Assembly: GCA_951406725.2 (NCBI GenBank)
Contig: OX597819.1
Location: 76,446,001 to 76,510,000 of the forward strand
Length of the DNA stretch: 64,000 nucleotides
Origin: Octopus vulgaris
Lineage: Eukaryota
Direction of reading: 5' to 3'
Shown: in pieces, positions 1 through 12,842 of the stretch
How the letters are laid out: each line of letters begins with the position of its first letter
Position numbering within the stretch: position 1 is the stretch's first letter
Position numbers and translations under genes: made by a program
The notes under the pieces: model-generated
Databases searched by the model: none
What the model was told of the DNA's origin: nothing
The model's input: only the letters and a program-made list of their open reading frames with translations

Positions 1-1143
1 TAATTATGGTTCAGCAAAAAAATTTGCTTTACCACATACCGAACTTTTAAAAATAGCAGCCAAAGAGTTTAGCTATTTCTTCTACTATAAGAATACTCTC
101 CCAGACAATGTATACTCAAAAACAATTCACGTAGGCATAGAGGGGAAAATAACGAAAGTTCACTCGAAATTTGATTACTTGTGAACGCGTTCACAAGTAG
201 CAGTTATGAGAGGAAGTAGGTGTCAGATGCACAGAAGAAATGAGTTGAACCCATGTGGTGAAAAAGCAAAGGGAAAAGATCAATTTCCGTTCACAGCGAA
301 GGCGGGAGTCCAGATGGCCTTTGTGCAAAGACATATGTTACAGTAAATGAGCGGTAGAGTCTGATATCTCGGAGGTGCCCCGCGAACCGGTCAGCCAAGC
401 GGCGTCCCGCTTGACCGATGTACATGGAAGGGCAGAAGGAGCATCAGATGCTGTAAATGACGTTACTAGAAGTGCAGCTAAAGGAGTCGGTGATGTGATA
501 GGAACGATAATAGGTGTCTGTGAGGATGGAGGTGTTGGAGAGATAGGAGCCTGTACGGCAGCGTGAGAGGGGGCAAGGGAACAAGCCAGGTTGGGAGTAG
601 GATTAGGGAAGAAATATGAACCAGGACGTCACGTAGTTTATGGGCTCGTTTGAATGAGGGAAGAGGTAGATTGGGGAAGATGTGCTAGTTTAAGGGGTCG
701 GACTGGAGACGCCGGAAGGCTCGGAGAATGGTGCGTTGTAGAGGCAGAGGAAGGGGTGTTAGGCGAGGGAAAACATGAGGCGGGCATCAGTGGTACGGGT
801 GCGAGGAGAAAGAGCACAGGCACGGTCTATCGAACGTTCCCTGGCAAGGGCAGTGTGGATAGTTGTAAGAGGATATCTACGAAGGATGAAGTGGCAAGAC
901 ATGAGTTGAGACTGAGTCTCAAAGTCATGGTCGTCATTGAAGAGCCTCCGTAGATACAGGAATGGGGAGTAGAGAATGGAGAGCTTGGTGTGGGTATGCT
1001 GGGAGGAGGAGGAGAAGTTAATGTAAGATTGTGTGTCGGTGTTATTGTAGTGGATGGATGGAGGTAGTGAGAGCGGAGTGGTGTATACTGCCAGAAATGT
1101 CTAGAAATTCGACGGAAGAGTTAGAATCCTCCTGCACTGTTTC
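1..1143 (-). mobile_element. Penelope-like retroelement relic (RT C-terminus, GIY-YIG endonuclease, 3' terminal repeat)
   Basis: Minus strand ~620-360 reads PGLFPCPLSRCRTGSYLSNTSILTDTYYRSYHITDSFSCTSSNVIYSI*CSFCPSMYIGQAGRRLADRFAGHLRDIR, a Penelope-type GIY-YIG with upstream Cys linker. ~1140-1050 reads SSVEFLDISGSIHHSALTTSIH (FLD motif). Bases 1-190 are homologous to the terminal repeat at 26815-26990. Contains stops and frameshifts. Confidence 0.9.
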
Positions 1144-2059
1144 TAACAGGCAATAGCAAGAAAATGAATAAATTTCCCTATTTCGATTTATAATATTTGT
1201 ACACAAGATAAATAACGTTCGAGGCAATATTCAAATAAGCTCCTGATTTCACCATTAACATCTTCAATTTCAAACATATACATGTAAGAATGAATTTTTT
1301 GATTATCAGCATAGACAATTTGTATACTGGCACATAGACACAATGCTTCATATTTATAACACAATTCTAATGTTTTACAATTGATAATAAACAGTTTAAT
1401 TTTACAGTTAAATTGTTCAAAAGTAACGATTCTATTTGTGTCTTGTTAGTTATATATATATATACATATATATATATATGTGTGTGTGCGTAAACACTAT
1501 TTTCTTCAATTGAGTGTTGGCCACCCATTCGTAAGAAAGTCAGCATACACTACTTATACTTCGATGAACCAATGGAGAGAATCTAAGATTATTTTAATCC
1601 ATAGAGATGAGCAGTCAAACCTCCCAATATCTACTATATTTCTATATCAAAATTGACCTTATTATATTGAAGAAAGCGATGATGCATTGAGTAGTGACGA
1701 AAGCACAGCTGTAGAAATGTAGGTTGGTTACGACTAGAAAGTTTTTCATCAAAGCTCTTATATGTCATAAATAACAGGAGCTGACATTTTTATCGAAATT
1801 AAAGCAGAGAAAAGACATTCAAAGTGGTTTCCTGTTAGATTTGGTCTTAATATGGAACAAGCAAAAATATATTTTTTTGTCGTTCGCGATCTGAGGTACC
1901 TACGAATTAAATTTCAGAGTTTAACGTGAGGCTGTGATGGTCATGCGTTTAACTATTGGGAACAGCTGAGTCGCAAAAATAATCAAAATAGGATCTCGGA
2001 AAAGCCTTTATTTATGAATATAACTTATCACATTTTATACCACACCCACACTGACATAT

Positions 2060-2248
<189 letters not shown>

Positions 2249-2299
2249 CAAGTAAGGAGAATATGTTAATATTTTACGCCTGAAAATTCCAAGCCATCC

Positions 2300-3025
2300 A
2301 TTATCAGCTAAATACACCCAACACATATAGAACCAGAAAGAACGGTAACTCTAGATCTGTGCGGAATCTGAGAACTGATTTGAACAATGATTCTTCATTG
2401 CATGTACAAATCACCAATATGGTGTCAATGTGCAGGCGGATGGCCGGAAGGATTCTGAGAAGTTTCAGAAACAAGGATCAGGAAAACTGCACTGATCCTA
2501 TGGAGGACGATTGTCATCAGCCATTTGCTCTCAACTTCGTTCATCACACAGTATCAAATTATAAGCAAAATTGAAGTAATTCAGCAGTACTACACTAAAG
2601 TGATTGCATCTATGATAGAGTTGAGTTAATGGAGGACACTGCTCTCTGTAAACAAGACAGGAAATATTCACATATGGAAGCTGTACAGAAGGAAGACTCT
2701 AGCAAAGCTGCTGACACCAAACTTTGGCATCAAGTGTTATACCAACTCCAGAAAAGGACGCCAATACACAGTGCCAAAGTCCCGACCACCCCGTCCGCAC
2801 TAAGGACCAGGTATAATAATAGTTTGGAATTCAAGGGCTCACACTTGTTAAATAGGACTACTGATATCGATGTTTTCAAAACCTCCTGCACTAGGTCCCA
2901 GATGAATAAACTCAATATCAAGGCAGCAATATCAAACCATCTCATTTATCAAACCCCAACTGCATTAGAATGGTTACTGAATAGGTGGTGATATTGGTAA
3001 TGTCCCAGTATGGTTGCAGCTTTTG
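2300..3025 (+). mobile_element. CR1-like LINE, 5'-truncated 3' end of ORF2 (decayed)
   Basis: VRNLRTDLNNDSSLHVQITNMVSMCRRMAGRILRSFRNKDQE...LWRTIVISH...KVPTTPSALRTRYNNSLEFKGSHLLN...DIDVFKT matches the post-RT C-terminal region of CR1-group LINEs; many frameshifts. Confidence 0.8.
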
Positions 3026-4384
3026 GCACACATTTTTAGTTTCGTTGTGAAATATAGATATTGTATGAAAAGCACAAGCTTTTATCTCAGTGGTCAGTCA
3101 ACTGTTTTACTTGACTAATTTCAGTGGCGATTTTTTATCCTTTCACTGGCAGAATTCGGATTCTCGTTTACCTAATTACTTAGAGAATAGTAGGCTACAT
3201 CTGGCCATAGTAGGCATAAACTCGGATAGTACTAAATTGATTTACTCCGAATTCTAAAGCAGTGCAAACATTAGTGAATAATTGAGTCACCACATGGCGT
3301 TAAGATAGAGAGAGACGTAAGATAAACTTAAAAAGATTAATCTTTCTATATAAAATATATATTAATCCTTGTCTGAAAGTTATAAACTGTTGTTTTCTCT
3401 CTACGTCCAGAAAAAAAGAAAAAAACCCAATTCTCTTAAGTAGTTTCGATTTTTTCACCTCTTCACCGGAGACTGCTTACTTATTTTCCTCACTCCAGAG
3501 ATTATGGCTCAAAGCTATTTATAGTATACAAAACTAAGTGAAAAACTGAATTGGGCTAGTCTAACTGGTATAATAGTGTAAATGTTGCCAACATGAATGA
3601 TTTATTATTAAGCTTTCAGTTTTATGTAAATCAGAGCAGAAGAATTTAGTTCTGTCCTAACACGTAGATAATATTAACAGCTGTAAGCTATTAATTTTTG
3701 TATTTGTGAGAGATGAGAGGGACAATTTAAAAGATGAGCTTGTGTCGATTAGAGAAAATAATTTGTAAATATTGAATCTGAAGTAAGTAATAAATATATG
3801 AATTGCAATTAAGGATGTAAGATTGAGAGGTGACACTGACAACCAAACACATGCTCGAACGTTTAGCCGACATCTTACTCTCTTCTCACTGTATGTCAGG
3901 TGTGTGTGTGCATGTGTGTGAGTGTGTGTGTGTGTGAGTGTGCGTGCGCATGTTCCGTGTGATGTACGTACCTGCACACAGGTTGTACTCAATTTTATAT
4001 ATTAGTTTTACCTATATATTGAATTATATTGCTTCTATTTTTCATAGTGCCTTCTTGATAAATTTAAAGTTCCGATCTTAATCAAAATGGCAAAGCGTCA
4101 TCATCTACTTTAAATAATCCAAAAATATCTTCTCTCTATTTGCGATACCGTATAATTTTAAATAAAAAATTTGTAAAATCTTTCATCGTGAAAATTCTAA
4201 ACTATTGTATTATAGTGTGAAATTACGATGTTCATTTTTGTGTGAGTTTCTTCTAAAAGAATTTTCATATGACGATATCAGTTTTATTGCAAAAATAAGA
4301 ATATGTTTATCAATATAAACAAAGAAAAAACACATAAGTTGATCTAAGTTGATGTGTATAAAGGTGTATAAAGGTTTTTCCACT

Positions 4385-5085
4385 TCAAAGCAAGACTGAA
4401 AATTAGGGTTGCAAAGACTGATACACTAGCTTTCTCAAGAAAATCTTCTCAGTGTAGTCTGCATGTTAGTGGAACATCACCGAGACAAGTTGAGCACTTA
4501 TCTCAGCAGTGTATTCACGATTGATTGGAAGCTGAATCAGATGCTAAAACTGCTGGTTTAGCACAATAAACTGCCAGCTCCAGTATTCGATTCTTAGAAG
4601 AGGAAATATTGGTGAAGACACCAAACTTGCCTGTGTAAATTCGGTTCCCGTGCCTAACCTTACATATGGTTATGAATATAAAGTAATGACCAAAAGAGAA
4701 GGATTACGAACACAGGCAGCGGAAAATTACTTTAGCATTACTTGAGAGGTTTCATAACTCAGAGATCAGGGATTTCCTCCAGGTCAAGCCGCTACTTCTC
4801 CACATTGAAAGATCATACCTCCGTTACATCGGACATGTGATTAGAAATTCTTGGGAGAGACTCAAAAGATAGATTCTTCAAGCCAAGCCAACTGACAGGA
4901 GACAGAAGGGTAACGAGATGATTGAATAATATTCGCTGACTTTGTTGGTCACAATTGGAAATCCAGCCGGAAAGTCGAATGACGATTGCTATTCATTGGA
5001 GACTACGAAGAAGTTGTCTGAGGACTCTACCTCCACGACCTTTCTAGAAGTAGAAGGTGGGGAGACGAGATGGATAGATGGATGA
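4385..5085 (+). mobile_element. RTE-clade (Rex3/Expander-like) LINE 3' fragment
   Basis: KIRVAKTDTLAFSRKSSQCSLHVSG...YRFLEE/KLACVNSVPVPNLTYGYE...SEIRDFLQVKPLLLHIERSYLRYIGHVIRN; ends in a (GATG)n-like tail at ~5068-5085. Confidence 0.8.
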
Positions 5086-5296
5086 TCCTATTCATCAGAA
5101 AACTTGATGTATTCCAAATGGAATTCTATTTTAAGCTGCAATGCATTTTGGGACTGCTTAGCTTTCAGATTCTCGTAAATATTTTCATCATTAAAAGACC
5201 GGTTGCTATTGTATTGTTTAGTCAAATTTCTGGTTAGTCTTGAAATATTAGATGACTCAGGAATATTAAATATTTCTTAATACAAAACATAAGACA

Positions 5297-5420
5297 ACAT
5301 TCTTACGGCCGTTTCGGCTGCCAATATCAGTCGGTACTTACAAATAAAATTCCGAAAATAATATTCGTCATCTTTATAGTACATTCGATCTAGTACACGG
5401 AACTTCATCAGAGTGAATAC
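5297..5420 (-). ncRNA. Degenerate type-I hammerhead ribozyme motif (Penelope-type)
   Basis: Minus strand: gtattcact-CTGATGA-agttcc...ggcagcc-GAAA-CGGCCG-TA-agaatgt; palindromic stem III ACGGCCGT, GUA triplet, stem I with a 2-nt bulge, long stem II insert. Confidence 0.55.
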
Positions 5421-7259
5421 AAATACATAAAATAAAAGAAGGGAAGAGGTAAGAAGAAAGAACAGAGCCTCGAGATGAGGCCAGAAGCCTCAATATATCA
5501 GAGCCATGCAATTTTGCAGAGCGAAGTTTGAAGTCGATAGGCAAAAGAGTGAGTTAGCAAATGAACTAGAGAAATAATTTGTGGGTTATCTCTTTCTATA
5601 GGTGCACCAGGATGAATAAAGTGTAATAAAATAAAACTAGTCCTAAAGTAGTTCCTATTGAGGAAGGCTAAAGTGCCAGAAAAGCTGCGTCTGGGAATCC
5701 AATAGAGGACAATACTGGGGAGGTGTGGTATACTGCTGTATGTGTGTGTGTGTGTGTGTGCTTGTGTGTGTGTATTTATATAGATAGATAGCTATATGCA
5801 CATAGCTGCGTTGTTCAATATCTTGACGAAAGAAGTAATTTAAATATGGAAGGCAGATGGTGTTAACATGTGAAGCTACAGTGTAATGAATTCGTTGCTT
5901 GAACAGTTATTCATTTAAGTTCCTTAGTAAAAGGGATGCGGTACTGAGAAGGAAATATTTTGGGGTTATATGTAGGGGAGGATCGATATGGTATAGAAGA
6001 AGCAGTGAAGATCCTTACATAAATGCCTCCCAGGATTTAGCTTCATCATCATATATTGACTCCTTTCATCTCTACGTGATCATTAAAATTACTTTCAGTA
6101 ATATAAAGTTAGGGGTCATGTCAAAAGGACTATAATTTATTGATAAAATGCGTTTCATTCTGCTATTAATGTTCTATATAGAGTAAATATTTCTGTGAAA
6201 TATTATATTTAGCATTAGCCGATCTATAATTTAAGCTTCATTCATATGACAAATATATGTCTTATAAAATATCTTTTCATGTATATGAATACATATAGTT
6301 GCGTGAGTAAACGGTTAGAACTTAAAAACATATTTATCATGCATGAATAACAACAATATCAATCTCAGATAAAAGCTGACTTTTGGTTAATATACAGTTG
6401 AAGCACTTACAAGATTTACATTTCCTTCACCTATATATGGATGACCGATAAATAATTCCGGTCTAAAACCACGCGATTTCGGGTTCGCTCCGAATACCCG
6501 ATTCCTTTAGTAAGTTTCATCTCGCACAACCTGCATGCAACCAAACCCTGCGACTGAAATTCAAAGCCAATTGCAAAAACTGAACGCAGAAACCTATAGG
6601 ACAGTTGATTTAATCCATTGACCGGTTTGACACCTTGGTCATTAAGTAACATGAGCGGAACCACTATGATGCATGCATTCAAGCTAGCTCCGAATATGAT
6701 CGCGGCCGTCCCACCTTAGAACAAGTAACGATAATATCAACAAGATATTGTAATACTGGGTAATCGTTATGTTCCCCTTTCTAAAACCATAGAATGACAT
6801 GATTTCTGTACTGTAAATCTGGATTAATTGCAGATTTACAGTACAGAAAAGCGGGAAATTTGTGACTTCACAGCAGTCGCAATATGATGAAGATATGTTC
6901 TCTATAATGAACCATTCTGAGAGAAGGGCTTGTCTCCTTGGTCCACTGACAGTAGTGGGTACCAATATGGTTGATAGTCATGAGAACAACTGCAGGTGAA
7001 ATATGGAAAAAGAAGACAATATTGGCTAAAAAGAGATTAGAAGTGTAGAGCGTTAGAAGTGGTAAAAACATCAAGAGGACGAGTAGAGAGACAAGTAAAT
7101 CAAGTGCGCTTGGACGAAGGTGGCAGGAAATACAGGAATGAATATTCGTGCTTGTTTGATGTTTAGATTCAGGTCATCACGAATGAGAAAGCCTCGCTCA
7201 GTAACTCTGTACCACTTTAACTATTGAGAAAAGAATCGATGTAGAAATTGTATGGTTCC

Positions 7260-7890
7260 TTATTTATTGCACCCGAAAATATGGATTCCTAATTTGAACG
7301 CGATAGAACATGAACTCAGAACGCAAAGATTTGGAATAATGCAAAGGATTTACCCAACGCTCTTATGATTCTGTCAATTCTCCGCCTATTACGTCCCCCA
7401 AAACATTTCCCAATATGCTGATCTATCAAGTCCCATCCTGCAAAGTAACAAGAATATCTACAACAAAAACTACAGTTAGAACTATATTTTAGAAAGGGTA
7501 GAAGAAAACCATTACCATATTTTCAATATGGTAATGGTTTCTGATATCGGCTTAAGGCTAGTACTTTCGAAGAGAGGATGTTAATCTGTACCATTCACTT
7601 CAATATTTCACTGATATTTTATTTTATCAACTCCAAAAGAATGAATGCTAAAGTTGACACAGGCTGGATATATATTCAGAACATAAAGAGCCTGAATAAT
7701 GGTGTCTGAATTAGGCACATGCAATGTTGAGGAGAAGAGAGTTGGTCGATTCCATTGCCCTATCAGTATAAAAGTGATACTTTATTTCATCAACCTTGAG
7801 ATGATGAAAAGTAAAATTGGCCAAAGCAGTGTATAAACTCACAACTCAGTGTGCATATTTCCGTCGCTCTGGTGATTCTGTCAATCGTTG
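7260..7890 (-). mobile_element. Cluster of old, decayed tRNA-derived SINE copies (same family as 13544-13773)
   Basis: Repeated reverse-orientation remnants such as tattttatcaac...gaatgaa..aaagttgac..ggc..tgaactcagaac. Confidence 0.6.
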
Positions 7891-9426
7891 CCCTTCATTT
7901 AAATACCGTAATAATAATCAATGTAACATTGGTCTATATAAGAGCAAAAATATCAGCTAGACGACATATAGGGCAAAGGCTGACAGGATTTATTTACTAC
8001 GACGTGAGAAGTGATGCATTTTGGTTACTTTAATAATATTTGATTTTCCATTTTGGACGTGGGCAAGAAAAACGAAATTAGCAACAATATGATGTATCGT
8101 AAATGAAATTGTATCAGTGACAACAAATATAATAGACGTACAAACTTAAAGTAAAACCAAACCAACAACAGCTGCAGTAACAAACGCAAAGAATATGGCT
8201 TGTAGCAAAAATAAATGAGAGGAACAACAATAACTAGCTAACAATAATCAATAAAAAAGAAGAATAAGATAAATGAATGGATAAAAACATAAATGAAAAG
8301 ATATCACCAAACAATAAGATTAACAAATACCACTAACATAAAAGAAAACTAAGATTAAACAACTTCAGTAGTAACACGAATTATAATGCTAGTAATAAAA
8401 ATAATAAGAGAAAAACTACGACTTCAACAATTGCAAAGAAACCTATACCAAGAGCAACAACAACAACAATAGCAGCATTAACAGAAGGGAGGCATCATCA
8501 GCCGATGTCCAAAAAATATAAGGAGTGAACGAAGAGTTGACTATGAGGTCGCATAATGTGTAACTATTGTAAATAGCAAATATTTTCTTTAAAGCACGTA
8601 ATAATATTTTAAAAAGAAAGGAAGAAGGAGATTTTGGATAATGCAATATTGGGTGCATTATTTGAAAATATAATGTAACGCTGAAGGCTAAAAGGCTTTG
8701 ATCATGAATTTGTTTGGTCAGAGCTGACCTGAGGCTAAACAACAACAGCATTTGCAACCAATCATAACGAAAGAATAAGTAATAACATCATCATCAACAG
8801 CGGGAACAGCAATAATCGTATCAGCAGCAATAACTAACATATCACCTGCAACAACAATGACAATAACAGCAATAAATACTGTCGGTATTTTGCAATCGAT
8901 CCCCAGAAGTGATGTGTTGTAGTGTTGATTCTTACTGGCAGATTTGCTGATTTCCATAGTGGTAAAAGTGTTTGCTGTTATCCCCGTCTGCCGCAATGTA
9001 TTTGTAATAATATATTGCTTTCTTGATACTTGATTTCCCTAGGCGCCATTTTAAAAATAAACAAAATGATAGTGCCAAAAAGAAAAATCGCACTTGATAT
9101 TCTATCATTATTCATTACGTTAGTTTACCAGAGTTTCTTAAACTGTATACTGGACATGATTTATACATCTCTATTTAAGTTCACGGCAATAGCAACACCG
9201 TAGAAAATGCAGAGAGCAGGATGAAATATTTTAATTCACACTTCTTGCTATGGTACAAAAACGAGAGTGTATGCTGCATTAAATATCTTAACATTCGCTT
9301 AAGTATAACATTTCATGCAGTTAATGTCTATATAGAATTTTATATTGCTAACACCAATCAACTTGCAGGCTTTTACATTTCTTTAGTGATTTTTCCATCA
9401 CTACTTAGGTAAGAATGGTAAGATGT

Positions 9427-9475
9427 ATGCTTTTGCTGATGAGGTCATAATAATATGAAACATGTTCAGAGGCGT
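9427..9475 (+). ncRNA. Minimal type-I hammerhead ribozyme motif (stem II damaged)
   Basis: ATGCTTTTG-CTGATGA-ggtcataataatat-GAAA-CATG-TT-CAGAGGCGT; 9-bp stem I (with G-U pairs), palindromic stem III ACATGT. Confidence 0.6.
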
Positions 9476-9899
9476 CACTCTGAATAATGCTCGTCATTGA
9501 CTAGTATTATCTTTTAACAACAATAAGGGTTGAAACATTTGCTGAAGATACGAAGGTGTTTCCAAAGTTGCGATAGCTTTAGTCGCCATTATAAGAGCTT
9601 GATATATCTTTAAGTAGCTTCTAGAAACAAATCCTCTTTGATGTTTATTTCGGACAGTTACATTTTTAATGTTCTCTTCAATGAATATGTAAACATACTA
9701 TTAGTAGTGATGCTGATATTGCATCATAGCTAGAAAACAAATGCTAAACAATTGTTTCTAATATAAAACGAGGTTGCATAGCTAAGGCACAATGATGAAC
9801 TTCTTATTGGATAAGAAATCTGAATAGGCATAAGTAATTACCAGAAAACATTTTGTCTATCGCTCTGCTGAATATATCAATCTAAAGTATTTAAATGTA

Positions 9900-10140
9900 G
9901 TCGATTCTACACAGTCTCTTCTTGAATAAACACAATTTCGAGAAAATGATTTCGATAGATCTGACTCCAAAACACTCAACAGAGAAAGAGAAACTGATGG
10001 CTTCATAGCTGCTGATCAGGACGCGTATGTATCACTCAGCTAAAGGCTGAAATATAATATATTGGAAGCAAATAACTAATAAGAATGCTACGTGCATGGT
10101 CAATTTGAAGATACGTCTAATAACAGTTTTGGTGTTTTCT
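9900..10140 (+). mobile_element. Highly decayed R4/Dong-like RLE-LINE fragment
   Basis: LNRERETDGFIAADQDAY resembles the LK.ETEGFI.AAQDQ motif; followed by ECYVHGQFEDTS resembling the CCHC knuckle. Confidence 0.4.
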
Positions 10141-10766
10141 CATTGATAGCAGCGAGCCGCCAGATATGAGTGTAAGATAATTAGATTCGTGTACACTTAT
10201 CCCAGTCCGAGAAAATATAAAAGAAATCTCCTCCCGCTTTCAATGTAGTTATCTAAAGTGAAAACGGCGTGTAAATTTCTTCTAGCCTAATATTCTACAA
10301 CGATTTAGAATTTTCAGGAACTATACGCTATTGAAATTATCCTAAATAACATCATCCGTTATAAAATCCTTCTTTTGCTTTTCTTTCGTTATAGAGAATG
10401 GCAATAAAAGTTCAGTTCTTGCTCGACCAGTAACTGTTGGATATTATAGTGGCATTTCATTTCTATTTATTCCTTTCCTAAACCACCACCAATAACATGT
10501 TCATGCCATGTAGTAAAGATCTGAAGTTCAATATTTTTTACAGATACTTTCCATTGATAATACAATTCACTCTATTGCCATTGAGTTTTGGTATAATGCT
10601 TCAAGACTAGTATTTCACTATCAGTATCAAATAAGAGTAAAATTCTCCATTCTATCTTTACTCCAAAAATTTGATTTCGAATTAATGATTTGCTCAAGAC
10701 AAGTTATTCAAAACAGTAGAACTTCGATATATTGTATTGAAGGCGCAAACAAAATTGACATAGATT

Positions 10767-10922
10767 ATGTATGTATGTATGTATGTATGTATGTATGTAT
10801 GTATGTATGTATGTATGTATGTATGTATGTATGCATGTATGTATGTATGTATGTATGTATGTATGTATGTATGTATGTATGTATGTATGTATGTATGCAT
10901 GTGTGCGTGTATGTGTGTGTGT
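10767..10922. repeat. (TATG)n tetranucleotide microsatellite
   Basis: Direct reading. Confidence 0.97.
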
Positions 10923-11086
10923 ATTCATGTTCATATATTTATATGATAAGTATTCCTTCGCTAGCCAGTTTCACATACGTAGTACAGACATGATCATTCA
11001 GACACTAGTGAAACATTGAAGATGTATGTCCCATCGCGTCAACTAGACTGATTCTCATTGGTTAAAACTTGTCATGTGCTCAAATA

Positions 11087-11310
11087 TCTCTTATTATAAA
11101 AGGCAGATTTTATCTGCCTCCCTTTGTCTCTTATAGAAATCTACAATATAGGATTTCTTCAATTACAATTTACCTAGCATTTTTAAGAGTAGAATGCATC
11201 GGGTCGTGCCCGGTCCGGTTTTAAAAATTTCAACCCCAATTAAGCAAAATTTAGAGAAAACTCACATTGTGGTGTGTAAGTCAAGTGCTTTTCTTAGTGT
11301 GGGCTACAGC

Positions 11311-11366
<56 letters not shown>

Positions 11367-12171
11367 CGGAGCGATCTGCTTCACTCACGCTATCACCCTA
11401 ATTTCTACTCTTTTCTCTTTGCAAGTGTGCAACGATTAAAGTGAAACTATTTCTATAAAACGAGAGAAGTGTACCTTAAACCACTACTCAAAAAAAAAAA
11501 CAGCAAACAGAAACAAATAAATACATAACGATTTACTCCTCACACAATTTCTTCAATTACAGTTTACCTATGATTTTTACAAGTACTTTCATTCGGTCAT
11601 GCCATACAAAATTTCTTTCAATTTCACCCCCAATTAAGACAAAATTCGAGAAAACTCAATATTTTAACATTTCACTCCGAAAGCATTGATGTACATGTGT
11701 GCGTGCGTGAGTGTGTGTGTGTGTTTGATGGGATGTGCGATACAGAAAGTGTGGTGTGTAAGTGAAGTGCTTTTGTTAGTGTGTGTAAAGAGACAGAGAG
11801 AGTAATGTTGTGCTGTGTACCTAAAGCACGCACACACACACACACAAGCGGAGCGCGAACTTCAAAACAACTTCGCGCGCTATCTATCTGGTTTGCCATT
11901 CCTCACACACACGCATACACATACATATATGACAGTGACAAACACAAACGTTTCAAACAACTACATACAAGCACTCAAACACACACACACGTGTGTGTTT
12001 GTTATTAGTAAAAAAGGCACCAAACACAACTCACTTCTCATTCGAACACATTTGCAAAAACACACCGACGGTCGAATTGCCATAACAATACAGAAAAGGT
12101 AAATTGGTTTTTAATTTACTTTCTGTCGTTAAATTTTGGTAGTATTAATTGGCGAGCCGAGCTTCTTTCAG
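11087..12171 (+). mobile_element. Non-autonomous Helitron-like element with an internal diverged tandem duplication
   Basis: Begins A^TCTCTTATTATAAAAGGCAG (5' TC; shares TATAAAAGGCAG with the 54986 element); 11150-11400 is repeated at 11545-11890; 3' end degenerate (ggcgagcc...tttcag^t). Confidence 0.5.
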
Positions 12172-12445
12172 TATATATTTATACATACATAAATATATAC
12201 ACATATTCTGTATATATTTTATTATATAATATTATATATAGATATATGTATATATAATTGCAGTATGAAACAGTGTTTATGTATAAACAGACGACACTTA
12301 TATATAGTTATTAATAAATGTATGCATCTGTTTAAAAGAAAAACAAAAAAATATTTTATTCTTTATAAATGTTGTGTTCAAAATAACATTTTCTTTTAAG
12401 AATGTGTATATAACAAAGTATGTGTATATAACTACGTGGCTTATA

Positions 12446-12842
12446 TCTTTATATATAAAAGTGAAGTTGTGTGTCTGTCTCCTACGATTTAGATTCCTAA
12501 CTACTCCCACATTTTGCGGTGCAGTTTAACCAAAAGCGGGTATCTTATAGTCGTGATTCAGATCGAGCCCTTCTGGGTATTAGCGCGCGTCTACTATGAG
12601 TCTACGATTTAAAAAAAATTTACCATCATATTTTTCCATTTTAATGCATTTTTTCGCTATTATATAAGGGAAGTAACTCTCTAAAAATGTCCACGATGTG
12701 TCAACGATTTAAAAAAAAATTTCCCATCATTTTTTTTCCATTTTTAATGCATTTTTTTGCTATTTTTTGGCTATAACTCTCTAAAAATGCTTATATAGTT
12801 ATTTCCCTTACAAACCCGAGCAACGCCGGGCGATACTGCTAG
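12446..12842 (+). mobile_element. Non-autonomous Helitron (397 bp)
   Basis: A^TCTTTATATATAAAA at 5'; subterminal hairpin CCCGAGCAACGCCGGG; CTAG^T at 3'; no TSD; internal ~100-bp tandem repeat; second copy at 16588-16984. Confidence 0.9.
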
